From NCBI GenBank assembly GCA_963820645.1, contig CAWGAS010000023.1, positions 33,795 through 97,794 of the forward strand: a DNA stretch of 64,000 nucleotides, given 5' to 3'. Position 1 is the stretch's first letter. Every line of letters begins with the position of its first letter. The translations under genes and the position numbers were made by a program. The notes under the pieces were generated by a model. It worked only from the letters and a program-made list of their open reading frames with translations. It had not been told where the DNA came from and did no database searches. This document shows, one piece after another, positions 34,662 through 46,037 of the stretch. The stretch comes from an uncultured Acidobacteriota bacterium (GTDB lineage Bacteria; Acidobacteriota; Vicinamibacteria; Vicinamibacterales; 2-12-FULL-66-21).

Positions 34662-36590
34662 GCTACGCCGCCCGCTGCCGGACTTCCTCGGACACCGCAG
34701 CGCAGGAACTCGTCGACGCTCCGGGCTCCCTGGTCCCCGCCCGCTCGCGTCCGGACCGCCACCGTCCCATCGGCGGCCTCCCGATCCCCCACTACCAGCA
34801 TATAGGGAATCTTCTGCAGCTGGGACTCGCGGATTTTATATCCAATCTTTTCCGGCCGCTCGTCGAGCTCCACCCGCAGCCCGGCCGCGGCCAGCACGGT
34901 CCCGCACCGACCGGGCGTACTCCCCCTGGCGGTCCGTAATCGGCAGGACAGTGACCTGCACCGGCGCCAGCCAGAGCGGAAACGCCCCCGCGTAGTGCTC
35001 GATGAGCAGCGCGACGAACCGCTCGAAGCTCCCGAAAATCGCCCGGTGGATGACGACCGGCCGGTGCTCGGCGTTGTCGGCGCCGATGTACTTCAGGTCG
35101 AAGCGCTCCGGCATCTGGTAGTCGAGCTGAATCGTGGCGCACTGCCACTTGCGCCCGATCGCGTCGGTCACGTCGAAATCGATCTTCGGACCGTAGAAGG
35201 CGCCGTCGCCCTCGTCGATCCTGTAGGGCTGGCCGACGGCCTCGAGCGCGCGCTTCAGCTCGCGTTCCGCGTGGTCCCACGTCTCGATCGTGCCGAGGAA
35301 CTCCGGCGGCCGCGTCGACAGCTTCATCTCGGGCGTCATCCCGAAGTCGCTGTACACGCGCTGAACGAGCCGCAGGAGCCGCTCGACCTCCTCGCCGATC
35401 TGCGATTCCATCACGAAGCAGTGCCCATCGTCCTGGCTGAATTGCCGGACGCGGGTCAGCCCGGACAGCACGCCGGACGCCTCGTTGCGATGGAGCGGCG
35501 TCTGCTCGTGATAGCGAATCGGCAGATCCCGGTAGCTCCGGATCTCGTTCGCGTACATGAGGAAGTGCCCCGGGCAGTTCATCGACTTGAGCCCCATCTG
35601 CTCGTTGTCGGACTCGACGAGGAACATGTTCTGCCGGTAGTGCTGCCAGTGCCCCGAGGTCTCCCACAGCGCCTTGTTGAAGACGATCGGCGCCTTCACC
35701 TCGACGTAGCCGGCCGGAATCAGGATCCCCCGCATGTAGTCGGCGAGGATGTTCCACAGAATCGTGCCCTTCCCCAGCCAGAACGTGGCGCCCGGCGCCC
35801 ACGGGTGAAACATGAACAGGCCGAGATCCTTCCCGAGCTTGCGATGGTCGCGCTTCTTCGCCTCCTCGGCGCGCTGCAGGTGCGCCTTCAGGTCGGCGTC
35901 GTTGAGAAACGCGGTCCCGTAGACGCGCTGCATCGGCTGGTTGCGCGCGTCGCCTTTCCAGTACGCGTTGGACGTGCTCAGCAGCTTGAACGCCTTCAAC
36001 CGTCCGGAGGACGGCACGTGCGGCCCGACGCAGAAGTCCACGAACGTCTCGCGATCCTTGATCGTGTAGCACGAGACCTCGGCCTGCCCCTCGGTCTTCT
36101 CCTCGATCAACTGGACCTTGAGCGGCTCACCCTTCTCCGAGAAGAACGCGATCGCCTCGGCGCGCGGCCACATCTGCCGCTCGTAGGGGAGATCCTGCGC
36201 CGCGAGCTCCTTCATCTTCTTCTCGATCGCCTCGAGGTCCTCCGGCACGAACGGCCGTTCGACGACGAAGTCGTAGAAGAAGCCCTCGTCGGTCGCCGGC
36301 CCGATCCCGCACTGCGTGCCGGGAAAGAGCTTCGTGACCGCCGCAGCCATCAAGTGCGCGGTGCTGTGCCGGTACAACCCCAGCGCCTCGGGACTCTCCG
36401 TGGTGACGATGCGGACCGCGGCGTCCTGCTTCAACGGGTACGTCACATCGACCAGCCGCCCATCGACGACCGCGGCCAGCGCAGCCTTCGCGAGCCGCGG
36501 AGAGATCTGTCCCGCCACGTCGCCAGGCGTAGACCCGGCGGGCATGCGACGGCTCGAGCCGTCGGGCAGTGTGACGGATATCTCTGACAT
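34662..36590 (-). CDS. thrS: threonine--tRNA ligase, C-terminal frameshifts
   Basis: ORF 34836..36683 from [12 protein letters not shown] (36590): TGS, second additional domain, class II core (...[24 protein letters not shown]...). The anticodon-binding domain continues in ORF 34607..34897 ([39 protein letters not shown]). The likely true end is ...[12 protein letters not shown] at 34662-34664. Confidence 0.95.
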
Positions 36591-36726
36591 TGAAGAATAC
36601 GGACAGGCTGGCGAGTCGACTCTCGGATGGCGACGCTTCGACCCGCCGTGACCAGGGACTCGCTCAGCGGCTTCGACTCGCATTACGGGCGTGCCACGAG
36701 CGAGGCCGCGATCCGGCCGCGTCGAG

Positions 36727-36803
36727 TGGTAGGCACGAGCGGACTCGAACCGCTGACCTCCTGCGTGTCAAGCAGGCGCTCTAACCAACTGAGCTACGCG
36801 CCT
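36727..36803 (-). tRNA. tRNA-Val (anticodon GAC), CCA encoded
   Basis: Minus strand AGGCGCGTAGCTCAGTTGGTTAGAGCGCCTGCTTGACACGCAGGAGGTCAGCGGTTCGAGTCCGCTCGTGCCTACCA. It forms a cloverleaf with a 7-bp acceptor stem, the anticodon loop TTGACAC and the T-loop TTCGAGT. Confidence 0.92.
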
Positions 36804-36900
36804 ATGTCTTGAAAACACTGGCCTTACCGAACGGACAGTTTAGCAGAGGGGGTCCGAGCTGGTCAACGACCGGAAAACCGGACGCGATCTATTTGACCGG

Positions 36901-38242
36901 CTATTTGACCAGGCCTTTTTTCAGGCGGTCGAGGGCCGCGTCGAGGATCGGATCCTTGTCGGACGTCGCCGCGCCGAACTCGACGACGTCGGCGTCGTCC
37001 ACGTCCACGTCGGGGTCGAGTCCCTTGCCCTGGATCGGGGCCTCGCGGACCATCGACGCGACCGGCTTTTCCGGGGGCGGGATCGAGCTCGCCCGGCCTG
37101 CGCGCCGGGCTCTCGGCCGGCTTCGCCGCCTGGACGGCCACGCTGCCCGGCCGGTAGTAGCTGGCGTAGGTCAACCAGAGGGCGCGGCCTTCCGGCAGCT
37201 TCACCAGCTTCTGCACCGCGGCGCGTCCGATCGTGTGCTCGCCGACGAGCTCCGCGCGCTTGTTGCCGCTGAGCGCCGCGGCGAACACCTCGGCGGCCCC
37301 GGCGGTGCCGCTCGTGATCAGGATCTGGACGGGGAGCGTGACCGCGCCGTCGCCGGCGCGCGCCTCGACGGTTTCCTTCGCCTCGCCCTTGCGCCCCGCC
37401 TTGATTGCGAGCGTGCCGGACTTGACGAAGAGGCGGGCCGCCGCGATGCCGTTCTCGATGGGCCCCTCGGCCGTTCGGCGGACGTCGATGATGAGCGATT
37501 TCGCGCCCGACTTCGAGACGTCGGCGATCTGCTTGCGCAGGTCCTCGACGACGCCGGCCCGGAAGCTGGTGATGCGGACGTAGCCTGCCTCGGGCGAGAG
37601 CAGCGGCAGATCCACCATGTTCGAGCTCTTCGCGGCCGGAGCGTCGCGGCCGGCGAGGCTGATAAGACGCCCGGTCACCAACGGCCCGGCCGCCTTTTCG
37701 CGCACCAGGGACACCTCGTGCGGATCCGCCGCGTTACCGCGGATGACCGTCAGCGTGACTTTCGAGCCGGGCTGGCCGCGAAGCAGGCGCATCCCTTCGA
37801 ACACCGACATGTCCCGCGCCGGCTTGCCGTCGATCGCCCGCACGTAGTCGCCGGTCTGCAGGCCCGCCTTGGCGGCGGGAGATCCGTCGCGCGCCGCGAT
37901 CACTCGAAGGTAGAACTGGCGCGTCAGCTCGAGGCCGATTTCCCCTTCCGGAATCGCGCTTCCGGATTCGACGTCCGCCAACAGTTTGGCGTTGAGGTAG
38001 GCGCTGTCGGGATCCAGCCCGTCGGCCAGGCCCTTCATCGCCCCTTCCATGACCTTGTCGACCTTGACCTCTTCGACGTACGTGCTCATGACGTGCTGCA
38101 GCACATCGTCGAACACCCGCAGGTGCTGGAAGGTGTCGTCTCCGCCGCGGGCCGACGCGTTACCCATCAGCCCACCGACGACGACAAAGACGAGCACGGG
38201 CGTCGACAGCAGGAGTACGGAGATTCGTGATTTCAAGGTCAT
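36901..38242 (-). CDS. carboxyl-terminal processing protease (S41 family, PDZ domain), C-terminal frameshift
   Basis: ORF 36863..38242: ...GEIGLELTRQFYLRVIAARDGSPAAKAGLQTGDYVRAIDGKP...GAKSLIIDVRRTAEGPIENGIAAARLF...LITSGTAGAAEVFAAALSGNKRAELVGEHTIGRA. The corrected tail ends ...DAALDRLKKGLVK* at 36901-36903. Confidence 0.85.
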
Positions 38243-38255
38243 GAATGTCTACCAG

Positions 38256-38273
38256 GCAGGCCTGAAGGCCTGC
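38256..38273. other. intercistronic stem-loop GCAGGCC-TGAA-GGCCTGC
   Basis: A perfect 7-bp stem between the M23 peptidase stop (38300) and the S41 protease start (38242). It has the same stem-plus-TGAA/TTCA-loop design as the hairpins at 30098 and 30150. Confidence 0.35.
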
Positions 38274-38299
38274 GCTACGTCTGTTCTAGCGCTACGACC

Positions 38300-39452
38300 T
38301 CAGCGCTTCAACCATTGTAAGGGATCGACCGGCTTGCCGTCGACGCGTAACTCGAAGTACAGCGCCGGGTTGCCGCTGGGGCTGCGGCCCGAGGTACCGA
38401 TGGGCTCGCTGGCCTCGATCCGGTCCCCGACGGCCACGTACATGGAGGCCAGATAGCCGTAGAGCGTGTACTCGCCTTCCCCGTGGTCGAGGATGACCAG
38501 GTTGCCGTAACCCGTGAACGGCTCGGCATAGGCGATCGTGCCTTCGTGCACCGCTCGGACGACCTGACCTTCGCGCCAGGGAAATCTCGATGCCGTTGCG
38601 GGAGATGGCCGTGCCGAACCGGCCGACACTCTGCCGGCCGAAGCGCCCGGTGACGATGCCGGTGGCCGGCCAGGAGAGCGCCCCTCGGAACGGCCTCAGC
38701 GGGAGGTTCACCGCGGGGCTCCCGGGGCCGAGCTGTGTGACGGCGCTCTGCAGCCGCTGCTGCGCCGCTTCGAGCTCTCCGATGAGCTGCGCGTTCAGAT
38801 CGCGCCGCACGTCGATGGACTCGACCAGCGCCGTCCTGGCGGCAACGGCCCGGTCGATCGCCGCGCGGGCGCCGACGGCGCGGTCCTGCAGCCGCGAGAT
38901 CTCCTTGGCCTGGGCTTCGAGCGCCTTGCGCTCGGCGGCGAGCGCGGTCAGCGTCCGCTCGTGTTGCTGCACGCGCTCCCGATCGAGCCGAGTCATCGCG
39001 GACGCCGTGCGGTAGGCACGGCCGATCGACTGCAGGTTGTCGAGATCGAGCAGCAGCCGCCAGTAGCCGGCGCGTCCCAGCTTGTACAACTGGACGAGGC
39101 GGGCCTCGACATCCGGACGTTCGGTGTCCGCGGCGTTTCGAAGCGCCGCCGCACGGGCGATCGTCGAGGCCAGCTTCGTCTGCGTCCCGCGCAAGGTGAC
39201 CTCGACCGCCGCGAGATCCTCGGTCTTCAGCTGGCGCTCGACCTCGAGCTTGCGGAGCTCGACGAGCAGTGTCTTCTCCTGCGAGGCCAGCGCCTCGGCT
39301 TCGCGCTGCAACGCGCGGATCCGGTCGGCGACGCGCTGGGAGACCGCGTCGGCTCGCGCGCGATCGGACGGCGGCGTCTGCGCCGGGAGCGCAAGGCTCG
39401 CCACCGTCATCAGGACGGCGAGAACGGCGCGGTCAAAAAAGCGGCTTGCCAT
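38300..39452 (-). CDS. M23 peptidase with N-terminal coiled coil (EnvC-like murein hydrolase activator), one frameshift
   Basis: The coiled coil lies in ORF 38292..39452. The LytM domain lies in ORF 38300..38629 (GQVVRAVHEGTIAYAEPFTGYGNLVILDHGEGEYTLYGYLASMYVAVGDRIEASEPIGTSG...ALYFELRVDGKPVDPLQWLKR*). Confidence 0.85.
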
Positions 39453-41526
39453 CGATGTCGCCTGGAATCGGAAGGCCGAAATACTTCAGCACCGTCGGCG
39501 CGATGTCCATGATGGACAGGCCGGCCGCCCCGCGCGGCGCGATCGGACGGTTGGAGATCAACACGCCTGCGGTCGTGGCGGCGTCGTAGCCGCCGTGATC
39601 GCCGCTCCATTTCTTCATGTTCGGATACACGATGCCCTGCGGCGATCCGCCGAGCGTCGTCTGCCAGGAGACCCGGTAACCGTCCTCCATGCCGACCTGC
39701 AGCTCCGGTGCGCTCGACAGGTACTCGCCCGAGTAGATGTCGTCGCGCTTGTACACCGCGCGGACGATCGACGCGCCGTCTTCGGGGTCCTTCAGCGTCA
39801 ACAGCTTCTCGCTCAGCTCACGGGCGAGCTCGGTGGCTTCGGCGCCCGGGCTGACGATGCCCTTGCCTTCCCGGCCGCGCAGGTTGAAATAGATCTGGCC
39901 GATCCCCATCGCGTAGGCGCGGGTCCGGCTCCAATCGACGTTCTCCCAGAATTCCCCGCCGCCGAACAGGTCGTCCAGCTTTTTCTCTCCCGGCTGTTGT
40001 CCCTGGACGGCCATGTACCCCTGCTGGACGAGCCAGGTGTTGAGGTTGACGGCCTTGCGCCAGGAATGGAACCCGTGATCCGAGACGATCAGGATGGGCG
40101 TGCCGGGCTCGAGGTGCTCGATCACCTCGCCGACGAACTGATCGGCGCGGCGGTAGACCCGCTCGATCGAGTCTCCGAACTGCGCGGCGAGCGACGCGTC
40201 GTGCATGGGGTGCTGTGGATCCATGAACCGCCACATCATGTGCTGGACGCGGTCGGTGGACTCGATCACGCCGACGAGCACGTCCCAGTCGCGCGAGTCG
40301 ATGCGGCTCAGGATGACCTGCGCGCGATCGTCGAACGCCTTGTACAAGTCGTCCATGAACGTCTTCTCGTCCATGCGGCCTTCGTTCAACGGCCACGTGG
40401 CCTCGGCCCACCCGAGCGTCCGGTAGTAGCCCAGGCGCTCGAAGAGCTCGCCTGAGAACTCCGGCGGCGACGAGATCGGCGCCGGCGCGTTGTCCGGCTT
40501 CCAGTTCACCGGCGAGATGTAGAGCTGCAGCTCGTTGTCGGCGTTCATCAACAGCATCTGCGCCATGCCGTGCACGCGCACGAGGAGGTTCACCCGGAAA
40601 TCCAGATCGATCCAGCGGCTCGTCTTGCCGCGCTCCAGCAGGATGGACTCGCCGGCGATCTCGACCGTGGCGGTTTTCGCCGGCCGGTTCCAGCGGATGG
40701 TCACCGGCAGGCGCACGTCCTCGCGGGCCTGGAGCTCGGTCAGCTTCGCGCGGTCGCGGTCGTCGAGCGGCTGCGGCTTCGAGCGCAACGCGCGGATCTG
40801 CTGCCGGACGATCGGGTTCGGCGGCCCGACGAGCTCCGTGCGGGCGACGTCGTTTTCGACGACGAGCCGTTTCAGGATGCCGCCGAACTCGGTGTTGCCC
40901 TCTTCGTATCGGCTCAAGTCGGTCGCGAAATAGTAAAAGGTCCCCATCGTGCCGCGGATGTCCGGCAGCGGCAGGCCGGCCAGCAGCTCGCCATTCGGCA
41001 CTTCTTCGGGCGGGAACGTCACCGGAACCGTGAGCACACTCGATCGCACGCCCGCCTTCCCGGCGGTGACCCAGAAGGACGTGCCGCCGCGAATCGAGGA
41101 CAGCCTGGGCTTCGCGTACGGCACGTAGTTGAAGAGGAAGCGCGCCGGCTCGCGGTGAATCATGCCGAGGTCGGGCAGATACGTCGCCGTGTCGCGCACG
41201 AGGAAGTCGTAGATATTGTGCTTCCCCGGATTGACGCCGGTCGCAAACGACGCCCACGCCGTGGGTGACTCGGCCGAGTGCGTGGTCCCGAGCGGATACA
41301 TCCCGCCTTGCTCGGCCAGCCGCTTCATGTGGGGAAGCTTCCCCTGCCGGATCCACGTGGCGGTCAGCGTGGGATCCATGCCGTCGAAGCCGAGGATCAC
41401 GAGGCGCTGCGAGAACTGGCTCGGCGGGCGGCGCGTGCGGCAGGCCGAAGGTTGCGTCAAGGCCACGCCAAGCGCGATCGCCAGCACCGCAGCGAACACC
41501 GCGACGCGCGTGGATCGTGTCCGCAT
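39433..41526 (-). CDS. alkaline-phosphatase-superfamily protein (type I phosphodiesterase / nucleotide pyrophosphatase family)
   Basis: Intact 697-aa ORF. Signal peptide, RLVILGFDGMDP, TTHSAESPTAWASFATGVNPGKHNIYDF, ILIVSDHGF and SGDHGG metal-site-like motifs. Confidence 0.8.
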   Translation of the reverse strand: MRTRSTRVAVFAAVLAIALGVALTQPSACRTRRPPSQFSQRLVILGFDGMDPTLTATWIRQGKLPHMKRLAEQGGMYPLGTTHSAESPTAWASFATGVNPGKHNIYDFLVRDTATYLPDLGMIHREPARFLFNYVPYAKPRLSSIRGGTSFWVTAGKAGVRSSVLTVPVTFPPEEVPNGELLAGLPLPDIRGTMGTFYYFATDLSRYEEGNTEFGGILKRLVVENDVARTELVGPPNPIVRQQIRALRSKPQPLDDRDRAKLTELQAREDVRLPVTIRWNRPAKTATVEIAGESILLERGKTSRWIDLDFRVNLLVRVHGMAQMLLMNADNELQLYISPVNWKPDNAPAPISSPPEFSGELFERLGYYRTLGWAEATWPLNEGRMDEKTFMDDLYKAFDDRAQVILSRIDSRDWDVLVGVIESTDRVQHMMWRFMDPQHPMHDASLAAQFGDSIERVYRRADQFVGEVIEHLEPGTPILIVSDHGFHSWRKAVNLNTWLVQQGYMAVQGQQPGEKKLDDLFGGGEFWENVDWSRTRAYAMGIGQIYFNLRGREGKGIVSPGAEATELARELSEKLLTLKDPEDGASIVRAVYKRDDIYSGEYLSSAPELQVGMEDGYRVSWQTTLGGSPQGIVYPNMKKWSGDHGGYDAATTAGVLISNRPIAPRGAAGLSIMDIAPTVLKYFGLPIPGDIDGKPLF

Positions 41527-41560
41527 GGCGTGGAGCGATTATAGCAACGGGTTTCAAAAC

Positions 41561-41600
41561 CGAGGGTGGCATCCGGCTTTAGCCGGACCTCGCGGGTTTT
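41561..41600. other. terminator-like hairpin flanked by an A-run and a T-run, inside a divergent intergenic region
   Basis: CGAGG-GTGGCA-TCCGGC-TTTA-GCCGGA-CCTCG (41561-41592) is preceded by AAAAC and followed by CGGGTTTT. Confidence 0.3.
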
Positions 41601-41684
41601 GACACCACTTCTAGTGAAGGTCCGGCACTGGCCCATCAAATGCAGCCGGACTTCGCCACCGGTTGCTTGGTGTACGCTTTGTGC

Positions 41685-42149
41685 GTGCGGGTTCTCGGGA
41701 TCGACTATGGCCGCCGCCGCATCGGGCTCGCGCTGTCGGACGCGACGGGCCTGCTGGCACGGCCGTGGAAGACGATCGCGTGCGCTGGAGGCGCCGCACG
41801 GGTCGCGGCCTCGCTCGCGGCCGAGATTGCCATCCTCGTGTCGGAGGACGACGGACTGTCGGCCGTGGCGATCGGCTATCCGCGCCGGCTCAGCGGTGAG
41901 CCGAACGGGCAGACCGCGGCGGTCGAAGCGATCGTCACGGAACTTCGATCGCTCGTCGATCTTCCGGTCGTGCTCCAGGACGAGCGTCTGACCAGCCGCG
42001 AAGCGGAAAGCCTGCTTGCGCAGCGTGAGAAGGACTGGCGCAAGCGCAAGCCGCTGCTCGATGCGGCGTCGGCCGCCGTCATCCTGCAGGACTACCTCGA
42101 CGGGCAGCCGCGCCCGCCGCAAACGAATCTCGATATCGAGGGTCTGTGA
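41685..42149 (+). CDS. ruvX: Holliday junction resolvase-like protein RuvX/YqgF
   Basis: VRVLGIDYGRRRIGLALSDATGLLARPWKTI...IGYPRRLSGEPNGQTAAVEAIVTEL...VVLQDERLTSREAE. GTG start at 41685 preferred over the ORF-track start at 41640. Confidence 0.85.
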   Translation: MRVLGIDYGRRRIGLALSDATGLLARPWKTIACAGGAARVAASLAAEIAILVSEDDGLSAVAIGYPRRLSGEPNGQTAAVEAIVTELRSLVDLPVVLQDERLTSREAESLLAQREKDWRKRKPLLDAASAAVILQDYLDGQPRPPQTNLDIEGL

Positions 42150-43165
42150 AACGTGTTCTCGGCAGGTTGTTCGTCCTCCTCCTCCTCGCGTGTGCCGGGT
42201 TCGGGGCCTGGTTGTACTTCGGGCTCCAGCGGCCGTACAAGGGCTACCAGGGGGAAGAGCTGTTCGTCGAGATCCCGCAAGGCGCAGGGACCGTCTCGAT
42301 CGGGACGCGGCTGGCGGAGGCGGGGGTCATCCGCGACACGCTGAGTTTCCGGTTCGAGCTCGCGCGCACCGGCACAGCACGGCGGCTGCAGGCGGGAGAG
42401 TACCGGTTCGATCGGCCGATGAGCGTCGGGGAAGTCGTCGCCAAGATTGCCCGCGGTGACGTCTACCTGCGGCCGATTACGTTCCGCGAAGGGCTCACCA
42501 TCCGGCAGATGAGCGAGCTGTTCGAAAGCAAGGGCTTCGGTCCCGCGTCGGAGTTCGTGGCCGCCGCCGCGGACGCCGAGCCGATTCGCCGCTTCGATCC
42601 GGACGCGCGCGATCTCGAAGGCTACCTGTTTCCGGACACCTATGCGCTGCCTCGCCGCTCGACCGCCGCGGAGCTCGTCGCGCGCATGGTCGAGGGCTTC
42701 GAGAAAGTGCTGACGCCGGAGCTCCTCGCGCAGGCCGCGGCGCGCGGCCTGAGCGTCCGCGAGCTCGTCACGCTCGCCTCGATCGTCGAGAAGGAAACCG
42801 GCAACCCGGACGAGCGGCCCCTCGTGTCGGCCGTCTGCTGGAACCGGATGAAGATCGGCATGCGGCTGCAGGTCGATCCCACGGTCATCTACGCGCTCGA
42901 GCGCGCGCGGCGGTACGACGGAAACATCACGCGCGACGGTCTTCAAATCGACTCGCCCTACAACACCTACCTGTACGCCGGACTGCCTCCCGGCCCCATC
43001 GCCGCCCCCGGCCGCGCGTCCCTGGAAGCCGCCGCCAATCCCGCGAACGTGCCCTACCTCTACTTCGTCAGCCGCAACGACGGCTCACACGCCTTCGCCT
43101 CCTCGCTCGACGAGCACAACCGCAACGTCGTCGAATTCCAGAGGAACCCGAATCGAACGCGGTAG
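42146..43165 (+). CDS. mltG: endolytic murein transglycosylase MltG (YceG-like)
   Basis: Intact ORF: TM RLFVLLLLACAGFGAWLYF, ...DLEGYLFPDTYALP...LASIVEKETGNPDERPLVSAVCWNRMKIGMRLQVDPTVIY...YNTYLYAGLPPGPIAAPG. The start overlaps the ruvX stop. Confidence 0.9.
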   Translation: MKRVLGRLFVLLLLACAGFGAWLYFGLQRPYKGYQGEELFVEIPQGAGTVSIGTRLAEAGVIRDTLSFRFELARTGTARRLQAGEYRFDRPMSVGEVVAKIARGDVYLRPITFREGLTIRQMSELFESKGFGPASEFVAAAADAEPIRRFDPDARDLEGYLFPDTYALPRRSTAAELVARMVEGFEKVLTPELLAQAAARGLSVRELVTLASIVEKETGNPDERPLVSAVCWNRMKIGMRLQVDPTVIYALERARRYDGNITRDGLQIDSPYNTYLYAGLPPGPIAAPGRASLEAAANPANVPYLYFVSRNDGSHAFASSLDEHNRNVVEFQRNPNRTR

Positions 43166-43266
43166 AACCCAGAACCCGCGGAACCCAGAACCCAGAACCC
43201 AGCGGAACCCAGTAGAACAGAACCCTGCGGAACCCGGTAGAACCCCGTAGAACCAAGTGGAACCCT
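43143..43266. repeat. direct array of about 13 GAACCC words (GGAACC family), no obvious inverted half
   Basis: GGAACCCGAATCGAACGCGGTAGAACCCAGAACCCGCGGAACCCAGAACCCAGAACCCAGCGGAACCCAGTAGAACAGAACCCTGCGGAACCCGGTAGAACCCCGTAGAACCAAGTGGAACCCT. It begins inside the last codons of mltG and ends about 50 nt before the next start codon. Confidence 0.7.
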
Positions 43267-43317
43267 GTATTTACGACACCTGGTAGTAGTAGTGGTTGGG
43301 CTGCTAGGGTGGATCAC

Positions 43318-46037
43318 ATGCAAGTGTGCGTGCTCGGCATGTTCATCATGGCTCTCGTGATGGCCTGTCGCCGGCGCCGCTCGCCGCCGCGATCGACGTC
43401 TCCGGCGTCGTGCGCGACAGCTCGGGCGCGCCGGTGCGCGCCGCGGAAGTCGGCTTGCAGACGCCGGAGCTGACGGGCATCGCGCGGACGAAGACCGACG
43501 CCGAGGGAAGGTTCAGCCTGCCGGTGCCGGCGCCCGGCACCTACCTTCTGATCGTGCGGGCGGAAGCCTTCGGCGAGTCGCATCACGCGCTGACGGTCGG
43601 GGCCGAGGCTCCGCCGCCGCTCGCGATCGTCATCCATCCGGCCGGCCTTCGCGAAGAAGTCACGGTCACGGCGTCGCGCGGGACCGTCGAGGACATCCGC
43701 CTGGCCGGCCAGCCGGTCAACGTCATCGACGAGAGCGAGATCGCCGCCCGCGTCAAGACCGTCGTCGCGCAGGCGCTCGAAGGGGAGGCCGGCGTCCATC
43801 TTCAGCGGACGAGCCCGACGATGGCGGGCATCTTCGTGCGCGGGCTGACCGGCAACAAGGTCAACATCTTCGTCGACGGCGTGCGCTATTCGAACGGCGC
43901 GCAGCGCGGCGGCGTGAACACCTTCCTCGATCTCATCGAGCCGGAATGGCTCGAGACGATCGAGGTCCTTCGCGGTCCGTCGAGCGCGCAGTACGGAAGC
44001 GATGCGCTGGGCGGGAGCGTGCAGTTTCTCTCGCGCGCACCCGCGCTCGGGGTCGTGGGCGGACCGCAGTGGCGCGGGTCTTTGGGTGTCGACGCCGGCA
44101 CCGCGCATCACACCGGCGGAGGCAACGCGTTCGTGGCCTACATGGGCAAAGCCGTGGGCCTGACGGCCAGCATCGGCGGACGCAAGGCCGGCCAGTTCCG
44201 TCCGGGGGATGGGATCGACTCGCACGCGGCGGTCACGCGCTTCTTCGGCATCGCGTCGAGCGAGCTCATGGACGCGCGCCTGCCGGACACCGAGTTCGAG
44301 CAGTACGGCGGGGCGGTGCGATCGAACTGGGTCCCGAATGCGAGGACGCACATCTCCGCCAGCTACATGCGGACAAATCAGGACCGCGGAAAGCGCTACG
44401 ACCAGCTCCTCGGCGGCGACGGCAACCTGATCTCCGATCTGAACGATCTGTCGCTCGATCTCTTTTCCGCACGGATGGAACGGCTGGGCGCGGGCTGGTT
44501 CGACGACGCGTCGGTGATTTACTCGCTGAACAGCCAGCGCGAGGAGCGCGTGAACCAGGGGGGCAACGGCAACCCGACGGCGACGATCGGTCACGAGCCC
44601 GAGCGGACCACGGTCCACGGCCTCCAGGCGGCGTTTGCGAAGGCGATCTCCACACGGCACTCCGTGCGGTTTGGCGCCGACGTGAACTTCGAACGGCTGA
44701 CGTCGGACGCGTTCAACGTCAACCCGGTCAGCGGCGCGACCTCGCCTCGCCGCCCGCGGGTCCCCGACAACGCGCACTTTACGCAGGGGGGCGTGTACGC
44801 GCAGACCACGTTCGACGTCCGGCCGGATCGCCTGCGGCTCGCCGGCGCGCTGCGCTACGGCGGCGCGCGGTATACCGCGAAGGCCGCGGACAGCCCCGTC
44901 GTGAACGGTCAGCCGCTCTGGCCGGACGACTCGCTGACGACATCGAGCGTGACGTTCCGGGCGAGCGCCGTGGCGACGCCGTCCGATCCGTGGGCGGTGC
45001 TGGTGTCGGTGAGCCGTGGATTCCGCGCGCCGCACATGACCGACCTCGGCACGCTTGGCCTGACCGGCTCCGGCTTCGAAGTCGCGGCTCCGGACGTCGC
45101 CGGTCTCGGCGGCTTCGTCGGGACGACGGCGGATGCGGCGGCCGTGTCAACCGGCGATCCCGTCACGCAGGTCGGCCCGGAGACGTCGCTGCAGTATGAG
45201 GGATCGATACGGTACCGCCGTCCGCGTTTCCGCACGGAGCTGTCGCTCTTCACCAACAACGTGTACGACAACATCCAGAAACAGGCGCTGATCCTGCCGC
45301 AGGGCGCCGTCGGCACGAGCCTCGGCGGCACGCCGATCACGGCGCAGACCGCCAACGGCACCGTGTTCGTGGCCGCGACGACCGTGCCGGTGCTGGTCCG
45401 CGCGAACTTCGACAACGCGCGCGTCTGGGGCATCGAGCACAGCGCCGAGGCGCGCGTCGCGAACACCGTCACCGTCACGACGGCCTTCACGTACCTGCGT
45501 GCGAAGGACACGGGGACCGGGCTGCCCCCCAACATCGAAGGGGGCACTCCCGCGCCCGACGCCTGGTTCGCCGTCCGCTGGATGCGGCCGGACGGGCGCG
45601 TGTGGGTCGAACCCTACCTGCACGTCGGCTGGGAGCAGACCCACCTGTCGTCGCTCGACCTCGGCGACCGGCGCACCGGCTCCGGCCGGACGCGGACGAG
45701 CATCCGTGCGTTCTTCCTGAACGGCGCGCGCGCCAGAGGCTGGATCGGCCCCGGCACCGACAACGTCTTTGGCACCGCCGATGATCTGCTGACGGCCACG
45801 GGGGAAACGCTGGCGCAGATTCAGGATCGTGTGCTCGGCGTGGGGGTCAATTCGTCGTCGCTCTTCCCGACGATTCCCGGGTACGCGACGTTCGGCGTGC
45901 GCGCGTCATTCCGCGCCGGCCGCCATCAGGTGACGATCGACGCCGAAAACCTCGGCGACGAGAACTACCGGGGACTCAGCTGGGGCCTGGACGCCCCGGG
46001 CCGCGGGATGTCGGTGAAGTATTCCACGAGGTTCTGG
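43318..46037 (+). CDS. TonB-dependent receptor; N-terminal frameshift; no stop codon at the expected C-terminus
   Basis: ATG at 43318 gives the signal-like MQVCVLGMFIMALVMAC, which shifts into ORF 43326..46241. CarboxypepD_reg-like IDVSGVVRDSSGAPVRAAEV, plug LEGEAGVHLQRTSPTMAGIFVRGLTGNKVNIFVDGVRY, barrel, end ...GRGMSVKYSTRFW at 46037. The frame then stays open to 46241. Confidence 0.85.
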
